Source of the DNA: Squalus acanthias
Lineage: Eukaryota
NCBI GenBank assembly: GCA_030390025.1
Contig: CM059443.1
Coordinates: 6,324,001 to 6,388,000 of the forward strand
DNA: 64,000 nucleotides
Direction: 5' to 3'
Shown in pieces: positions 63,076 to 64,000 of this stretch. The translations under genes and the position numbers were made by a program. Position 1 is the stretch's first letter, and each line of letters starts with the position of its first letter. Below the pieces are notes generated by a model. That model worked only from the letters and a program-made list of their open reading frames with translations. It ran no database searches and was not told where the DNA came from.

Positions 63076-64000
63076 AATCAACCATGGTGGTCATTACAGC
63101 CAAGCTGAGACCAGTTAACCTCGTACACACCAGGGATCAAGCCTGGAACCTGTCTGGTCCACGAAGCTGAGTTCCAGTCTAGGCTGAGCGCCATCAGGAG
63201 AACTGGCAATTGTGGTTTGATTCATAAATGATTAAATACCAAGTTCAGATCAATTCATGTAGCATCACTACTGAAAATTACGATTGTTTCAGAATGCCCA
63301 TGGTAAGGCTTGAAATCTCCTTATCTGCTCAGTGGGCAAGTAACTGCTCACTGGGGTACAGAGCCACAGATCCCAGGTTCAATCTCAGACAGGGTGGCTG
63401 TTGGGAGTGCTACCATTGGTCTTGTTGTCAGGGGTTGAGGGTCAGGGCTCCCATTTCTGATTGCTATCCAGTGACTCCTGCAGAGAAATGTGGATATATT
63501 ATATTAGCAGACCCCACCCCGGCATTGCTCACAGTGAATTGGAGGAAACGCCGTTTTATGACAACACGGGTGTTATGCCACTTGACGCACAGTGTACTTT
63601 CAGGGCCACTGATTTTTCGAGCCACTTTCATTGCTTTTGATTTGCACGTTCCTTACCTCTATAATTCTGGTTTGCTCCTGTTTTACATTGAACCAATCAA
63701 AGAAGTGTAACAGCTGAAGTGTGGCCAGAAGTAAATGTGACACTTACAGGAAGAGTGCCATAGGCAACTGTTTTAATAACTGCTCTAAGGGGACGGATCA
63801 GTCAGTTGCCCAGTGGATACTTTGACAAATGGCTCAGTTTAACAGTGAATGCGATGAGTGGGCAGAGGAGGGTTATCTGGGCACCTTGATAGAAACAAGT
63901 CATGACCAATTGACCATGCTGCCCTTCATTCTATACCACTGGTCATGTGTTTTAATCTGTTAACATATCTGCCTGCTTGGGGATGGAACGGGTAGCACAG

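Overview
Vertebrate genomic DNA. The HE1-type and Deu-domain SINEs and the CR1-type LINE tails suggest a shark or other elasmobranch. The whole window is an intron-rich stretch of a minus-strand LAR-family receptor tyrosine phosphatase gene, best matching PTPRS. It holds the two constitutive Ig2-domain exons (41148-41333 and 26511-26621) and three microexons: meA3 'ESF' (40177-40185), meA6 'GGTPIR' (31493-31510) and meB 'ELRE' (18226-18237). I found no Ig1 or Ig3 exon in the window. Reading splice signals directly gave two further in-frame candidates in the meA region: a 3-nt CAG microexon or recursive splice site (38470-38472) and a 48-nt hydrophobic cassette exon (29088-29135). The rest is transposon debris: CR1, L2 and RTE LINE pieces, three SINE families, and Harbinger-like and hAT-like MITEs. 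It also includes two families of short elements carrying minimal hammerhead-ribozyme cores, one of them a young, TSD-flanked, perfect 169-bp palindrome. The other ORF-track entries are LINE fragments, simple repeats or noise. Repeat boundaries are approximate, and family names come from recalled consensus motifs, not a database search.
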